This document shows, piece after piece, positions 53,180-63,570 of a DNA stretch of 64,000 nt. The notes under the pieces were generated by a model. The model saw only the letters and a program-made list of their open reading frames with translations, did no database searches and was not told where the DNA came from. The translations under genes and the position numbers were made by a program. Positions within the stretch are counted from its first letter, which is position 1; each line of letters opens with the position of its first letter. The DNA is from an uncultured Eubacteriales bacterium (GTDB lineage Bacteria; Bacillota; Clostridia; Christensenellales; Aristaeellaceae), in contig ONRC01000005.1 of NCBI GenBank assembly GCA_900320085.1, positions 35,735 to 99,734 of the forward strand, given 5' to 3'.

Positions 53180-56100
53180 GGCTTCTCCACCACCTTCATG
53201 TCTTGTTCGTCCAGGTCAAAGAGCAGGGACGTTTTGGTCAGGTTCGCGTCCTTCACCCACAGCTGGCGGGGGCAGAGCAGGGTGATGCCCTCCTCCGGCA
53301 GGTTGATGTACACCGGAACGTTCCCCGGCGATTGCAGCAGCATGGTCTGGATGTGGGGCATCTGCTCCCGGCTCATGCGCAGATACAGCTTGGTTTTCGC
53401 TTCCTTGGCGATCTGGGCGTCGGTGCGGGTTTCGACGGGCTTGGGGATGGCTTCGCCCAGGGGCTCCACCATATCGGCCAATAATTTTGTATCCTCGTCG
53501 TCCCGCACGGACAGCCTGCCCGTCACCAGCACCGCCTGGTCGGCGGCGAGGGAGCGGCCATAGCGCTCGTAGATTTTGGGGAACATGAGGCATTCCACCT
53601 GGCCGGTCTGATCCTCCAGGGTGAAAAAGCCCATCAGCCCGCCTTTCCGCGTGGCCTTGCTGTGGGCCTCCACGATGATGCCGCCCATGACCACCTTGCG
53701 GCCATCCTCGGAAAGACCCTTGTCCTCCCGGTCTTCCATCTCAGCCAGATACGCCGTGTTCACCGGCAGGTTTTTCAGCTGGTCGGCGTATTCGTCCAGC
53801 GGGTGGGCGCTGCAATAGACCCCCGTCATTTCCTTTTCCTGGGACAGTAATTCTTTTAACGGATACTCCGGCATGGGTGGGAAGGTTTCTTCCGTACGCA
53901 GCTCCTCGGCGGGCTGGCCGAAATCGAACAGGGAAATCTGGCCCGTCACGTTCTGCTTGCGCTGGTTGAGCTGGGCGTCCATGGCGGATTCGTACACCGC
54001 CACGCACTGGGCGCGGCTGGCCCCCAGGCCGTCAAAGCAGCCCGCCTTGATGAGGCTTTCCACGGCCCGCTTGTTCACATCCTCCCCGGCGACCCTTCGG
54101 CAGAAATCAAAAATATCCCGGAAGGGGCCGTGGTTGAACCGGTCGCGGACGATGGATTCCACCGCCTTCTCCCCCACGTTCTTGACCCCGCCCATACCGA
54201 ACCGGATGCCCTGCTTGCCGTCCTTGTCCGTGTCCACAGTGAAGGCATAGAAGGAGGAATTGATGCGCGGCGGCAGGATGGGGATGCCCTTCTGGCGGCA
54301 GTAATAAATATACGCGGCGATCTTGGCGCTGTTGCCGGTGACGGAATTCATCAGCGCCGCCATGAACTCGGCGGGGTAATGGTATTTCAGATAGCCCGTC
54401 TGCAAGGCCACCACCGCGTAGCAGGCGGCGTGGGGCTTGTTGAAGGCGTAGGAGGCGAAAGAAGTCATTTCGTCGAAGATGGATTCCGCCACCTCCGGGG
54501 AAACGCCCTTGGCCACCGCGCCGGGAATGTGGTCTTCCTCGGAGCCGTAGACGAAGTTCTTGCGTTCCTTCGCCATCACGTCTTTTTTCTTCTTCGCCAT
54601 GGCGCGGCGCACCAGGTCGCTGCGGCCGTAGGAATAGCCCGCCAGGTCGCGCACGATCTGCATCACCTGCTCCTGGTACACCATGCAGCCATAGGTCACG
54701 TCCAGGATGGGGGCCAGCAGCGGGGTTTTGTACTGCACGGTTTCCGGGTGCTGTTTGCCCCGGATGTAGCGGGGAATGGATTCCATGGGGCCGGGGCGGT
54801 AGAGGGAAATGGCGGCGATGATGTCCTCAAAGCTCCGGGGCCGCATATTGGTCAGGAATGTGCGCATCCCGCCGCCTTCCAGCTGGAACACCCCGTCGGT
54901 GTCGCCCGCGCAGATCATATCGAACACGCCCTCGTCGTCCATGGGGATGTCCTCGGGCTTTAAATGGATGCCCCGCTTTTCGATCATGTCCAGCGTGTCC
55001 CGGATGACGGTCAGGGTGCGCAGGCCCAGGAAGTCCATCTTTAAAAGGCCCAGCTTTTCGATGATGCCCATGGGGAACTGGGTGGTGATCACGTCGTCGT
55101 TGGTCTGCAGGGGCACGTAATGCACGGCGGGCTCCCGGGTGATGAGCACGCCCGCCGCGTGGGTGGAGGCGTGGCGGGGCATCCCCTCCAGCGTCAGGCC
55201 CGTATCGATCAAGCGCTTCACCTTGGGGTCGGATTCGTACATGTCCCGCAGTTCCTTGTTTTGCTGCATGGCCTTTTCCAGCGTCATGTCCAGCGCCATG
55301 GGCACGGCCTTGGCGACAACGTCCACCTCCGCATAGGAATAGCCCAGCACCCGCCCCACGTCCCGCAGCACGCCCCGGGCGGCCATGGTGCCGAAGGTGA
55401 TGATCTGGCACACGTGGTCATGGCCGTACTTCCGCGCCACGTAGTCGATCACCTCCTGCCGCCGCTCGTAGCAGAAGTCCACGTCGATATCGGGCATGGA
55501 CACCCGCTCCGGGTTCAGGAAGCGCTCAAAGAGCAGCTGGTATTTCAGCGGGTCCAGCATGGTGATGTTCAGGCAGTAGGCCACGATGCTGCCCGCGCCG
55601 CTGCCGCGCCCGGGGCCCACCATGATGCCGTTGTCCTTGGCGTACTTGATGAAGTCCCACACGATCAGGAAATAATCCACATAGCCCATGCGGGTGATGA
55701 CGGACAATTCATATTCCAGCCGTTCCCGGGCGGTCTGGTTGTCGGGGGCGTAGCGCTTGGCGAAGCCTTCCTCGCACAGCCGCCGCAGCATGGAATCCGC
55801 CGTTTCGCCGGCGGGCACGTCGTAGCGGGGCAGGTGGACGGTGTGGAAATCAAACTCCACCTGGCAGCGCTGGGCGATTTCCTCGGTGCGCTGGATGGCC
55901 TCCTCCAGCTCGGGGAACAGATCCCGCATTTCCTGTTCGGATTTTACATACAGTTCCTGGGTGTGCTGGCGCATCCGGTTGTCGTCCTCCAGGGTCTTGC
56001 CCATCTGGATGCACATCAGCACCTCCTGGGCGTCGGCGTCCCGGCGGGTCAGGTAGTGGCAGTCGTTGGTGGTCACCAGCGGAATGCCGGTGCGTCGGCT

Positions 56101-56670
56101 CATTTCGATCAGCCGAGGCCGCACGGCCTTTTCCTCGTCCAGGCCGTGATCCATGACCTCAATATAAAAGTGGTCGGGGCCAAACAATTCCGACATTTCC
56201 CGGATGTACTTTTCCGCGTCGTCATAGCGTTCGTCCAGCAGGCACTTCGGCAGGTCGCCGGAGATGCAGGCGGACAGGGCGATCAGCCCTTCATGGTGCT
56301 GACGGATCAGGGCATAGTCCATGCGGGGCTTATAATAAAACCCACGGGTAAACGCTTCGCTGACCAGGTACATTAAATTCCGGTAGCCCGTTTCGTTTTC
56401 GCACAGCAAAATCAAATGGCTGTATTCCCGGGAGAGGGAGCGCTTGTCCTCCATGTCGGGGCAGACGTACACTTCGCACCCAATCACAGGATGGATGCCC
56501 ACGTCCTTGCACGCTTGATAAAACTCCACCGCGCCGTACAGCACGCCGTGGTCGGTGATGGCGCAGGCGTCCATGCCCAGCTCTTTCACGCGCTGAACCA
56601 CCTTTTTGATCTGGCACGCGCCGTCCAGCAGGCTGTATTCCGTATGCAGATGCAGGTGCGCAAACGCCAT
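53176..56670 (-). CDS. dnaE: DNA polymerase III alpha subunit, DnaE type
   Basis: 1164 aa from ATG 56670. PHP motif FAHLHLHTEYSLLDG, and PDIDVDF, HAAGVLI and FNKPHAACYA motifs. Confidence 0.96.
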   Translation of the reverse strand: MAFAHLHLHTEYSLLDGACQIKKVVQRVKELGMDACAITDHGVLYGAVEFYQACKDVGIHPVIGCEVYVCPDMEDKRSLSREYSHLILLCENETGYRNLMYLVSEAFTRGFYYKPRMDYALIRQHHEGLIALSACISGDLPKCLLDERYDDAEKYIREMSELFGPDHFYIEVMDHGLDEEKAVRPRLIEMSRRTGIPLVTTNDCHYLTRRDADAQEVLMCIQMGKTLEDDNRMRQHTQELYVKSEQEMRDLFPELEEAIQRTEEIAQRCQVEFDFHTVHLPRYDVPAGETADSMLRRLCEEGFAKRYAPDNQTARERLEYELSVITRMGYVDYFLIVWDFIKYAKDNGIMVGPGRGSGAGSIVAYCLNITMLDPLKYQLLFERFLNPERVSMPDIDVDFCYERRQEVIDYVARKYGHDHVCQIITFGTMAARGVLRDVGRVLGYSYAEVDVVAKAVPMALDMTLEKAMQQNKELRDMYESDPKVKRLIDTGLTLEGMPRHASTHAAGVLITREPAVHYVPLQTNDDVITTQFPMGIIEKLGLLKMDFLGLRTLTVIRDTLDMIEKRGIHLKPEDIPMDDEGVFDMICAGDTDGVFQLEGGGMRTFLTNMRPRSFEDIIAAISLYRPGPMESIPRYIRGKQHPETVQYKTPLLAPILDVTYGCMVYQEQVMQIVRDLAGYSYGRSDLVRRAMAKKKKDVMAKERKNFVYGSEEDHIPGAVAKGVSPEVAESIFDEMTSFASYAFNKPHAACYAVVALQTGYLKYHYPAEFMAALMNSVTGNSAKIAAYIYYCRQKGIPILPPRINSSFYAFTVDTDKDGKQGIRFGMGGVKNVGEKAVESIVRDRFNHGPFRDIFDFCRRVAGEDVNKRAVESLIKAGCFDGLGASRAQCVAVYESAMDAQLNQRKQNVTGQISLFDFGQPAEELRTEETFPPMPEYPLKELLSQEKEMTGVYCSAHPLDEYADQLKNLPVNTAYLAEMEDREDKGLSEDGRKVVMGGIIVEAHSKATRKGGLMGFFTLEDQTGQVECLMFPKIYERYGRSLAADQAVLVTGRLSVRDDEDTKLLADMVEPLGEAIPKPVETRTDAQIAKEAKTKLYLRMSREQMPHIQTMLLQSPGNVPVYINLPEEGITLLCPRQLWVKDANLTKTSLLFDLDEQDMKVVEKP

Positions 56671-56708
56671 GGCCAACCCTCCCTTGAAGCTCAATTTTCA
56701 CCGCTATC

Positions 56709-56737
56709 ATTATACCGCAAACACAGTGGAATGTAAA
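56709..56737 (-). promoter_or_regulatory. Sigma-A type promoter of dnaE
   Basis: Minus strand TTTACA, 17 nt spacer, TATAAT, about 40 nt upstream of the ATG. Confidence 0.6.
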
Positions 56738-56784
56738 ACAAAAAATAGCGGATGGCCAACAGCAATCAGCTTCCTTTCAGACAG

Positions 56785-56817
56785 CAAAAAAGCCCGGCCG
56801 GGTTTCCCCGGTCAGGC
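56785..56817 (-). terminator. Intrinsic terminator after the SPFH gene
   Basis: Minus strand GCCTGACCGGG-GAAA-CCCGGCCGGGC (GNRA loop, one mismatch) followed by TTTTTTG. Confidence 0.8.
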
Positions 56818-56832
56818 GTAAGAACGTTGGGT

Positions 56833-57786
56833 TTATTCCGCTGTGGTTCCGGCCTCGGGCTGCTGGACGGCGTTCAGGCTCAGCACGGGCAGGGCTTCCG
56901 CCGCGCCGCCGGAAACGTAGGTGGGCAGCTGGCCGTTCCAGGTGTTTATCTGGGTGAACTGGATCAGGTTGTCGGTCAGGCTCTCGGCGATTTTTTTATT
57001 CGCTTCGGCTTCCGCTTCGGCCTTCACGCGGGTGGAATAGGCTTCGGCATCGGCGTTGATCTTCACCACGGCGGCCTTGGCGTCGGCTTCGATCTTCTGG
57101 CGCTCCGCCTGCTGCTCGGTTTCCATGGTCTTCTGTTCCTGTTCGATCTCGGCCTGGAGTTTGCGCTGGGCGGCGACCTGCTTGGCTTCGACGGCGTCGG
57201 TGAAGGCGTCGGTGAAGTCGATGTTTTCAATGGACACGCTGATGATGGAAATGCCGTAGCGCTCCATTTCGCGGCTCAGGTTGTCGCGGATCTGGATGGA
57301 CAATTGCTCCCGGGCGCTGACCAGGTTTTCAGCGGTGTACTTGGAGAACACGGCCTTCGTGTTTTCCAGCATCCGGGGATTGACCAGCTTGTTGAAGTAA
57401 TCCGTGCCGACTTCCTTGAACAGGGTCATGGCGGTGGACTTGTTGATGGCGTAGTTGATGGAGCCCACGATGTCCACCTGCTGGATGTCGCTGGAGAACG
57501 CCTGGGTGGAGAAGGGCGTTTTCTGCTCCCGGTTGTCCATCAGGATGACCTCCTGGAAGGGGCTCTTCAAATGGAAGCCGGCCTCCATGGTGTAATCCTC
57601 CACCTTACCGAAGGTGGTCACGATGGCGGTATAGCCGGTATCGATCTGCACGGTGCAGCGGAAGAACACGATCAGCGCGATCAAAATGATCACAACCGCC
57701 ACGATCAGGCCCAGCGTGCCTTTTTTGCCCGCCTTCCTGGGGGCTTTCTGGGGGTTGGCGTTGAGCGGCGTGGTGAACTGGGACAT
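56833..57786 (-). CDS. SPFH/Band-7 (prohibitin/stomatin-like) membrane protein
   Basis: 317 aa. One N-terminal TM, an SPFH core (IDTGYTAIVTTFGKV..., ISIISVSIENIDF), and an Ala/Glu/Gln-rich coiled coil. AAGGAGG RBS. Confidence 0.85.
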   Translation of the reverse strand: MSQFTTPLNANPQKAPRKAGKKGTLGLIVAVVIILIALIVFFRCTVQIDTGYTAIVTTFGKVEDYTMEAGFHLKSPFQEVILMDNREQKTPFSTQAFSSDIQQVDIVGSINYAINKSTAMTLFKEVGTDYFNKLVNPRMLENTKAVFSKYTAENLVSAREQLSIQIRDNLSREMERYGISIISVSIENIDFTDAFTDAVEAKQVAAQRKLQAEIEQEQKTMETEQQAERQKIEADAKAAVVKINADAEAYSTRVKAEAEAEANKKIAESLTDNLIQFTQINTWNGQLPTYVSGGAAEALPVLSLNAVQQPEAGTTAE

Positions 57787-57935
57787 GGTTCTAACCTCCT
57801 TGTATCTCTTGCGGAACGCGGCACACGCCGCGCCCCGGTTCCTTGTGACGGAGAAAGTATACCATACCGCCGCCGTTTCCGCCAGAGGGAACGCCTGAAA
57901 GATACAGAAAAGGTGCTGAATTGTCAGAAAATGCT

Positions 57936-57987
57936 GAGGAAAAGCCAACAGCGGAGCAGGCGCAGGCCCCTCCGCTGTTGGCTTTTG
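57936..57987 (-). terminator. Intrinsic terminator after the GH2 gene (palindromic, usable on both strands)
   Basis: AAAGCCAACAGCGGAG-14 nt-CTCCGCTGTTGGCTTTT is a 16-bp stem with T-runs on both strands. Confidence 0.8.
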
Positions 57988-58017
57988 TTTCCCGTATAAG
58001 CGCGGGACAGCGTCCGA

Positions 58018-60240
58018 TTATGCCTTGGGAATGGCGTTCAGCTTGGCGTTGATATCCAGCAGTTCTTCCTTGGTGAAGGGCGCGCGGCTGAGGCGGATGA
58101 GGCGCACCACGGTGAAGCTCTGGCGGATCTTCTTCATGGTGTCGCTTTCCTTGTCGTCCCCCAGCGGACCCTTCCGCTCGGGAATCCGGGGCAGCACTTC
58201 GGTGTCCAGCAGGGCCTTGCCCGCTTCGCTTGCGCCGATGTCGCCCAGGGTGTCGTTCAGGGAATAGAAGCCGTCGATCTCGTTGATCTCCTGCCAGGAC
58301 AGGATGGCCCCTTCCTCCTTGAAAATGTAGGCGGGGTTGGGCTCGTCCACATGACGGAAGCAGGCTTCATCCCGGCATTCCCCGGCTACGGCTGTCAGCT
58401 GCGTCACGCCGTCGTTGGGCGCGTCGAAGCGGAAGAAGTGATCCTCCGCGGTCTTTTTGCCCAGGCTGACGCCGTTGGCGAAGAGCTCCACCTCGGGCTG
58501 GTTGGAATACACGGTGATATGGCTGGGGTTCTCCACCCGGTCGATGTACCGCTTGCCGCAGATGTGCACGAAGGGCTCGTCGCTGAGCCAGGCCTTGTAG
58601 GCGTAGAAGGAATCCTTCTTGTACTTGCGGTCGAAGGTGACCAGGCCCTTGTGGTTCATGCCGTTTTCGCCGCCCTCGTTGCGGCCGTCGGCGGCAAAGT
58701 CGAACATGTTCCACACGTGGGTGGCCCAGACGTAGGGACGGGTAAACAACTGCTTGATATGTTCTTCGTGGTAGAAGGCCTGGTATTCCTCGCTGTAATC
58801 GCCCTGGTGGGGCCGGCCGGTGTGCCAGTTCAGGGCCTCCGCGCCGTACTCGCTGACGCCGATGGGCGTTTCAGGATACTTGGCGTGGAACTCATCCAGC
58901 CAGGGGCCGGTCATACTGGGCTTGCCGCCGTACCAGCCGAAATACAGGTTGTAGCTGATCACGTCGGGGATGCGCACGATGGGGTCGTCGATGGAGCACA
59001 TGGACACGCAGGCCATGACGGTGGGCCGGGTGGCGTCCATTTGATGGGCCATATCATTCAGGATATGGTGATTCTCCAGCATGTCGTCGTTGGTGGGGGT
59101 CATCATGGTGATTTCGTTGGACAGGCCCCAGACCACGATGGAGGCATGGTTGTAGTTCTGGGTGATCAGCTCCCGCATCTGGGAAATGGTGTTGGCCCGG
59201 CCATTTTCCATGTGGGCGGAGATGTAGGGGATTTCCGCCCAGATCACCAGGCCCTTTTCATCGCACAGGTCGTACAGGTACTGCGCCTGCTGGTAGTGAG
59301 CCAGGCGGATGGTGTTGGCGCCGACTTCCAGAATCAGGGCAATGTCTTCCTCATGATGGCAGGGCAGCAGCGCGTTGCCGATGTTGGGGCGGTCCTGGTG
59401 GCGGCATACGCCCCGGAGGGGGTACAGTTCGCCGTTCAGAATGAAGCCCTTTTCCGGGTCAATGCTGTATTCGCGGCAGCCGAACCGGGTGCAGACGGCG
59501 TCCAGCTCTTCCCCGCCCCTGAGCAGCGTCACGACGGCGGTGTACAGATAGGGGTCCTTCTTGCCGTGCCAGCGGTGAACGGAGTTCAGCGTCAGGGTGG
59601 CTTCCGTTTCGTTGGAAACGGTTTCCGCCACGGTCTTTCCTTCTGCGTCCAGGATGGCATAGCGCAGGGTCAGGGCGGCGTCGGCGTTTACCAGCCTGGT
59701 TTCGATTTTCACGTCAGCCTTTTCACCGTCCAGCTCGGGGGTGACGTGCAGGCCGGGGAAGCCGTCGGTTTCGGTGTCAATATGGGCGGCAGGTACGGCA
59801 ATCAGGTTCGCGCCGCGATACAGGCCGCCGTAGAAGGTGAAGTCCGCCCGCTGGGGATACACCCGGTCATTGTCGCTGTTGTCGGCCAGCACGCAGATCA
59901 GGTTCTGTTCCTCCAGCGCGTCGGTAATGTCCACCTTGAAATCGCTGTAGCCGCCGTCGTGGTGGCACAGATGCCTGCCGTTCACATACACGTCGGCGGA
60001 GGCGTTCACCGCCGGGAAGTCCAGCAGATAGCGTTCGGCCTGGGGCAGCTCGGCTTTGGACAGCTCCTTCACATAGCAGGCCGTGCCGCGCCAGAAATCC
60101 GCGCCGCCGTCTTGGCCGTCAATGCCGTTCCAGGTGTGGGGCAGGTTCACAAAGTCCCAGTCCCGGGGGAGCGTGGTGGGTGGGGTGGAAACGCCCTTGC
60201 GGAACACCCATTTATGATTCAATGAAATGATGGTACGCAT
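58018..60240 (-). CDS. Glycoside hydrolase family 2 (beta-galactosidase/beta-glucuronidase-like)
   Basis: 740 aa. N-terminal sugar-binding domain (WDFVNLPHTWN). Catalytic TIM barrel with NHASIVVWGLSNE (acid/base Glu) and GVSEYGAEA (nucleophile Glu). Confidence 0.85.
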   Translation of the reverse strand: MRTIISLNHKWVFRKGVSTPPTTLPRDWDFVNLPHTWNGIDGQDGGADFWRGTACYVKELSKAELPQAERYLLDFPAVNASADVYVNGRHLCHHDGGYSDFKVDITDALEEQNLICVLADNSDNDRVYPQRADFTFYGGLYRGANLIAVPAAHIDTETDGFPGLHVTPELDGEKADVKIETRLVNADAALTLRYAILDAEGKTVAETVSNETEATLTLNSVHRWHGKKDPYLYTAVVTLLRGGEELDAVCTRFGCREYSIDPEKGFILNGELYPLRGVCRHQDRPNIGNALLPCHHEEDIALILEVGANTIRLAHYQQAQYLYDLCDEKGLVIWAEIPYISAHMENGRANTISQMRELITQNYNHASIVVWGLSNEITMMTPTNDDMLENHHILNDMAHQMDATRPTVMACVSMCSIDDPIVRIPDVISYNLYFGWYGGKPSMTGPWLDEFHAKYPETPIGVSEYGAEALNWHTGRPHQGDYSEEYQAFYHEEHIKQLFTRPYVWATHVWNMFDFAADGRNEGGENGMNHKGLVTFDRKYKKDSFYAYKAWLSDEPFVHICGKRYIDRVENPSHITVYSNQPEVELFANGVSLGKKTAEDHFFRFDAPNDGVTQLTAVAGECRDEACFRHVDEPNPAYIFKEEGAILSWQEINEIDGFYSLNDTLGDIGASEAGKALLDTEVLPRIPERKGPLGDDKESDTMKKIRQSFTVVRLIRLSRAPFTKEELLDINAKLNAIPKA

Positions 60241-60256
60241 GAATGCACTCCTTTCG

Positions 60257-61405
60257 TCAGCGGTTCGGATACCAGAACAGCAGCCCGTCGCCGCGCAGCT
60301 TGTTCACGGCCTCGATGAAGTAATAATCACCGTAGGTCATGGTGATGTGGCGGCCGGGCAGGTCGTGCCAGGCGGAGGTGCACTTGGTAAAGATCGCCGG
60401 GTCGTTCAGCTCCCAGTTGGCGGCGTCCTGCTCCTGGGCTTTCAGAATGCGGAGGGCGGCGTCAAAGTAGAATTTCCCTTCCAGCTCCGGAAGCGCCCGG
60501 GCCAGCTCCAGCAGGCCGCAGGCCGCCACGTTGCCCGCCACGTTGTCCTTGAGGGCGGGTTCGGCGGGCTGGCGGAAATCGCAGCGCGGCATCCAGTCGT
60601 CGGTGATCTGGCTGATGAAGTAGTTGGCGATGCGCTTGGCGGTATCCAGGTATTCCCGCTTTCCGGTATGCAGCCAGGACAGCACGAAGCCATACAGCGC
60701 CCAGCTCTGGCCCCGGCTCCAGGAGGAACCGGATTCGTAGCCCTGCCCGCCGGGATTGTCCAAGAACGCGCCGGTCTCCGGATCGAAAATCACGATATGG
60801 TTGCAGGAGCCGTCCGGACGGACGAAGTGTGCCATCGTGGTGTCCGCGTGGCGCATGGCGATCAGCTTATAGCGCGGGTCGCCGGTGATTTCCGTGGCCC
60901 AGTAGAGCAGCGGCAGGTTCATCATGCAGTCCACGATGGCCCAGCCCTCGCGGCCCTGGCCGTTCCAGGCGCGGATGAAGCCGTTGGGATTGAAGCGTCC
61001 GGCCAGCATGTCGGCGGCGTACAGCACCCGGTCATAACTGTCGGCGTTCTGCTCCAGGGCATAGCGCACCCCGGAATGAATGAGCCACATGAAGCCCACG
61101 TCATGGCTGAGGTTCTTAAAGTCCATCAGCGCCTTGTCCAGCATTTTTTCCGCCCGCAGCGCTTCGTCTCGGTACAATTCATCCCCGGTCATGCGGTACA
61201 TCTGCCACATATTGGCGGGCCAGAAGCCATTCGTCCACCAGCCGATCTCCGTTTTCTTCCACTGGCCGTCCGCCGTGGAATAGGGCATGTAATCCACTTC
61301 CCGGGCCTTACCCACGGCGAAGCGCATTTTCCTGTCCAGCTTTTGGATCATATCCTCCAGCCAGGCCTTGTCCCGGAACGCGGCCACAATGTCAAAGTTT
61401 GGCAA
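60257..61405 (-). CDS. Glycoside hydrolase family 88/105-type unsaturated glucuronyl/galacturonyl hydrolase
   Basis: 382 aa. WWTNGFWPANMW, HDVGFMW, AIVDCMMNLPLLYWA and WSRGQSWALYGF patterns. TTG start after AAAGGAG. Confidence 0.8.
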   Translation of the reverse strand: MPNFDIVAAFRDKAWLEDMIQKLDRKMRFAVGKAREVDYMPYSTADGQWKKTEIGWWTNGFWPANMWQMYRMTGDELYRDEALRAEKMLDKALMDFKNLSHDVGFMWLIHSGVRYALEQNADSYDRVLYAADMLAGRFNPNGFIRAWNGQGREGWAIVDCMMNLPLLYWATEITGDPRYKLIAMRHADTTMAHFVRPDGSCNHIVIFDPETGAFLDNPGGQGYESGSSWSRGQSWALYGFVLSWLHTGKREYLDTAKRIANYFISQITDDWMPRCDFRQPAEPALKDNVAGNVAACGLLELARALPELEGKFYFDAALRILKAQEQDAANWELNDPAIFTKCTSAWHDLPGRHITMTYGDYYFIEAVNKLRGDGLLFWYPNR

Positions 61406-61429
61406 GAAAAGAGCACTCCTTTCTTAATA

Positions 61430-61526
61430 AGGCAGTAGGCAGTAGGCAATAGGCAGTAGATAAGGAAGTGTGCGCAGTGTGTACTTTTTCTTAATGCCTA
61501 CTGCCTACTGCCTAATGCCTATTGCC
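61430..61526. repeat. Heptad-armed inverted repeat (unit AGGCAGT/AGGCAAT) immediately upstream of the GH88 RBS
   Basis: Left arm AGGCAGT AGGCAGT AGGCAAT AGGCAGT (61430-61457). Right arm TAATGCC TACTGCC TACTGCC TAATGCC TATTGCC (61492-61526). Confidence 0.85.
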
Positions 61527-61528
61527 TC

Positions 61529-62443
61529 TTACCCTTTCACCGCGCCGACCATGACGCCCTTCACGAAGTACTTCTGCAGGAAGGGATAGATGCACAGCAC
61601 GGGCACGGTGGTGAGGATGATGGTGGAATACTTGATGGCTTCCGCGTACTGGTTCACCATGTCGTTGTCGGAACCGGCGGAGTTGAGCACGTTGGAGTTG
61701 GCGATCAGGATGGAGCGCATGACGTTCTGGATGGGCAGCTTCTCGTTATCGGCCAGATACAGGGAAGCGTTGAACCAGGCGTTCCAGTGGCCCACGCCGT
61801 AGTACAGCAGCAGCACGGCGATGGTGGGCATAATCAGCGGCAGGATGATGCGGAACACCACGATGATGTCGTTGGCGCCGTCCAGATACGCCGATTCGGT
61901 CAGGCTCTCCGGCACGCCCTGGATGGCGGTGCGGCAGATGATGGAGTTATATACGCTCATAGCGCCGGGCAGGATCAGGGCCCAGAGGGAGTTGTACAGC
62001 CCCAGGTCGCGCACGTTCAGGTAGGCGGGGATCATGCCGCCGGAGAAGAACATGGTGAACATCACCAGGAACTGGATGACGGGCTTGAACATCAGGTTCT
62101 TGGACGCGGTCACATAGCCGCAGAACAGCGTCAGAATGATGTTGATCGGCAGGGAGACCAGCAGCACGATCAGGATGTTTTTATAGCCGCTCAGCAGCAG
62201 GGGATGGGAAAAGGCCAAGCCGTAGGAGCCCGCCGTAAAGCCGTGGGGCCAGAGGATCGCGCCGGGGTGGGCCACCAGATAGCTGTTCTCCGTGAAGGAG
62301 GCGCACAGCACGTACCACATGGGATACAGAGTCACAAAGCACAGCAGGATCATGAAAATGATATTGCACACGTCGAAGATCTTGCTGCCGGTTGTCTTCT
62401 TGATTTTGTTGGTTTCCGGAATATGTTTCGCAACGGTGGACAT
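61529..62443 (-). CDS. Carbohydrate ABC transporter permease (LplC/YtcP type)
   Basis: 304 aa, 6 TM, EAA-type loop ESAYLDGANDIIVFRIILP. Confidence 0.85.
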   Translation of the reverse strand: MSTVAKHIPETNKIKKTTGSKIFDVCNIIFMILLCFVTLYPMWYVLCASFTENSYLVAHPGAILWPHGFTAGSYGLAFSHPLLLSGYKNILIVLLVSLPINIILTLFCGYVTASKNLMFKPVIQFLVMFTMFFSGGMIPAYLNVRDLGLYNSLWALILPGAMSVYNSIICRTAIQGVPESLTESAYLDGANDIIVVFRIILPLIMPTIAVLLLYYGVGHWNAWFNASLYLADNEKLPIQNVMRSILIANSNVLNSAGSDNDMVNQYAEAIKYSTIILTTVPVLCIYPFLQKYFVKGVMVGAVKG

Positions 62444-62461
62444 TTCGCGCTTCCTCCTTTC

Positions 62462-63427
62462 TCAGAACAGACTGCTGTCGCTTACCTTGCTGCTGATAAA
62501 GTTGGTGGCCAGCAGGAACACGACGTTGACCAGGGTGTTGAACAGGCCGATGGCCGTGGAGTAAGAATACTGGGGCGTGCCGCCGCCGAAGGACAGGCGG
62601 TAGGTGTAGGTGGAAATAATATCGGATACGTCGTAGATGTTGGAGTTGTACAGCAGCAGGGTCTTTTCATAGCCCACGTTCAGGATGTTGCCCATGCGCA
62701 GGATAAACAGGATCGTGATGGTGGGCATGAGGCCGGGCAAGGTGATATGCAGGCACTGCTGGAAGCGGTTCGCGCCGTCGATGCGGGCGGCTTCGTACTG
62801 CTCCTGGTCGATGCTGGACAGGGCCGCCAGGTAAATAATCGAGTTCCACCCGATGGTCTGCCATATTTCGGAGATGATGTAGATCGTTCGGTAATTGCCC
62901 GAATTCATCAGCCAGTTTTGCCGCTCACCTCCGAAGAATACCACAATGTCGGACAGCAAACCGTCCTGCTGGCAGTACACGCGGATGAGGGCGCAGGTGA
63001 CCACCATGGAGATGAAGTAGGGCATGTAGGTGATCGTCTGCACGGTGCGCTTGAATTTGTTGTGGTTGATTTCGTTCAGCAGCAGGGCCAGCAGGATGGG
63101 AGCCGGGAAGCCGAACACGATGGTCAGAATGGAGATGGTGAAGGTGTTGCCGATCAGGCGGCCGAAGTACGGGTCGGTAAAGAACTTTTCAAACCAGGCG
63201 TACCACGGGTCCATCCAGGCGCTGCGCTCGATACCGCGGGTGGGCTTGTAGTTCTTGAACGCGATCACCAGGCCGTACATGGGCTTGTAACAGAACAGGG
63301 CCAGGTACACCAGCACCGGGATAATGAGCAGATACTTCCATTTATTGAGTTTCCAGTCCCGCACCACGCGCTGGCCGAAGTTGAGATGGCGGTAGTGGGC
63401 GATGGGACCGGCGTTTTTCACGGACAT
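62462..63427 (-). CDS. Carbohydrate ABC transporter permease (LplB/YteP type)
   Basis: 321 aa from ATG 63427. EAARIDGANRFQQCLHITLPGL loop. Confidence 0.85.
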   Translation of the reverse strand: MSVKNAGPIAHYRHLNFGQRVVRDWKLNKWKYLLIIPVLVYLALFCYKPMYGLVIAFKNYKPTRGIERSAWMDPWYAWFEKFFTDPYFGRLIGNTFTISILTIVFGFPAPILLALLLNEINHNKFKRTVQTITYMPYFISMVVTCALIRVYCQQDGLLSDIVVFFGGERQNWLMNSGNYRTIYIISEIWQTIGWNSIIYLAALSSIDQEQYEAARIDGANRFQQCLHITLPGLMPTITILFILRMGNILNVGYEKTLLLYNSNIYDVSDIISTYTYRLSFGGGTPQYSYSTAIGLFNTLVNVVFLLATNFISSKVSDSSLF

Positions 63428-63570
63428 TCGCGGAGCCCCCTTTTTTTGCGATGATGAGTAATGGCGGAAACAGCAAAGCGGGGAAGGATGCTCGTGCATC
63501 CTCCCCCGCCGTTCACGCTTGGAATGATACAGCGATCATATGCGCAGGTGAACTGGTATATGGGCTGCTG

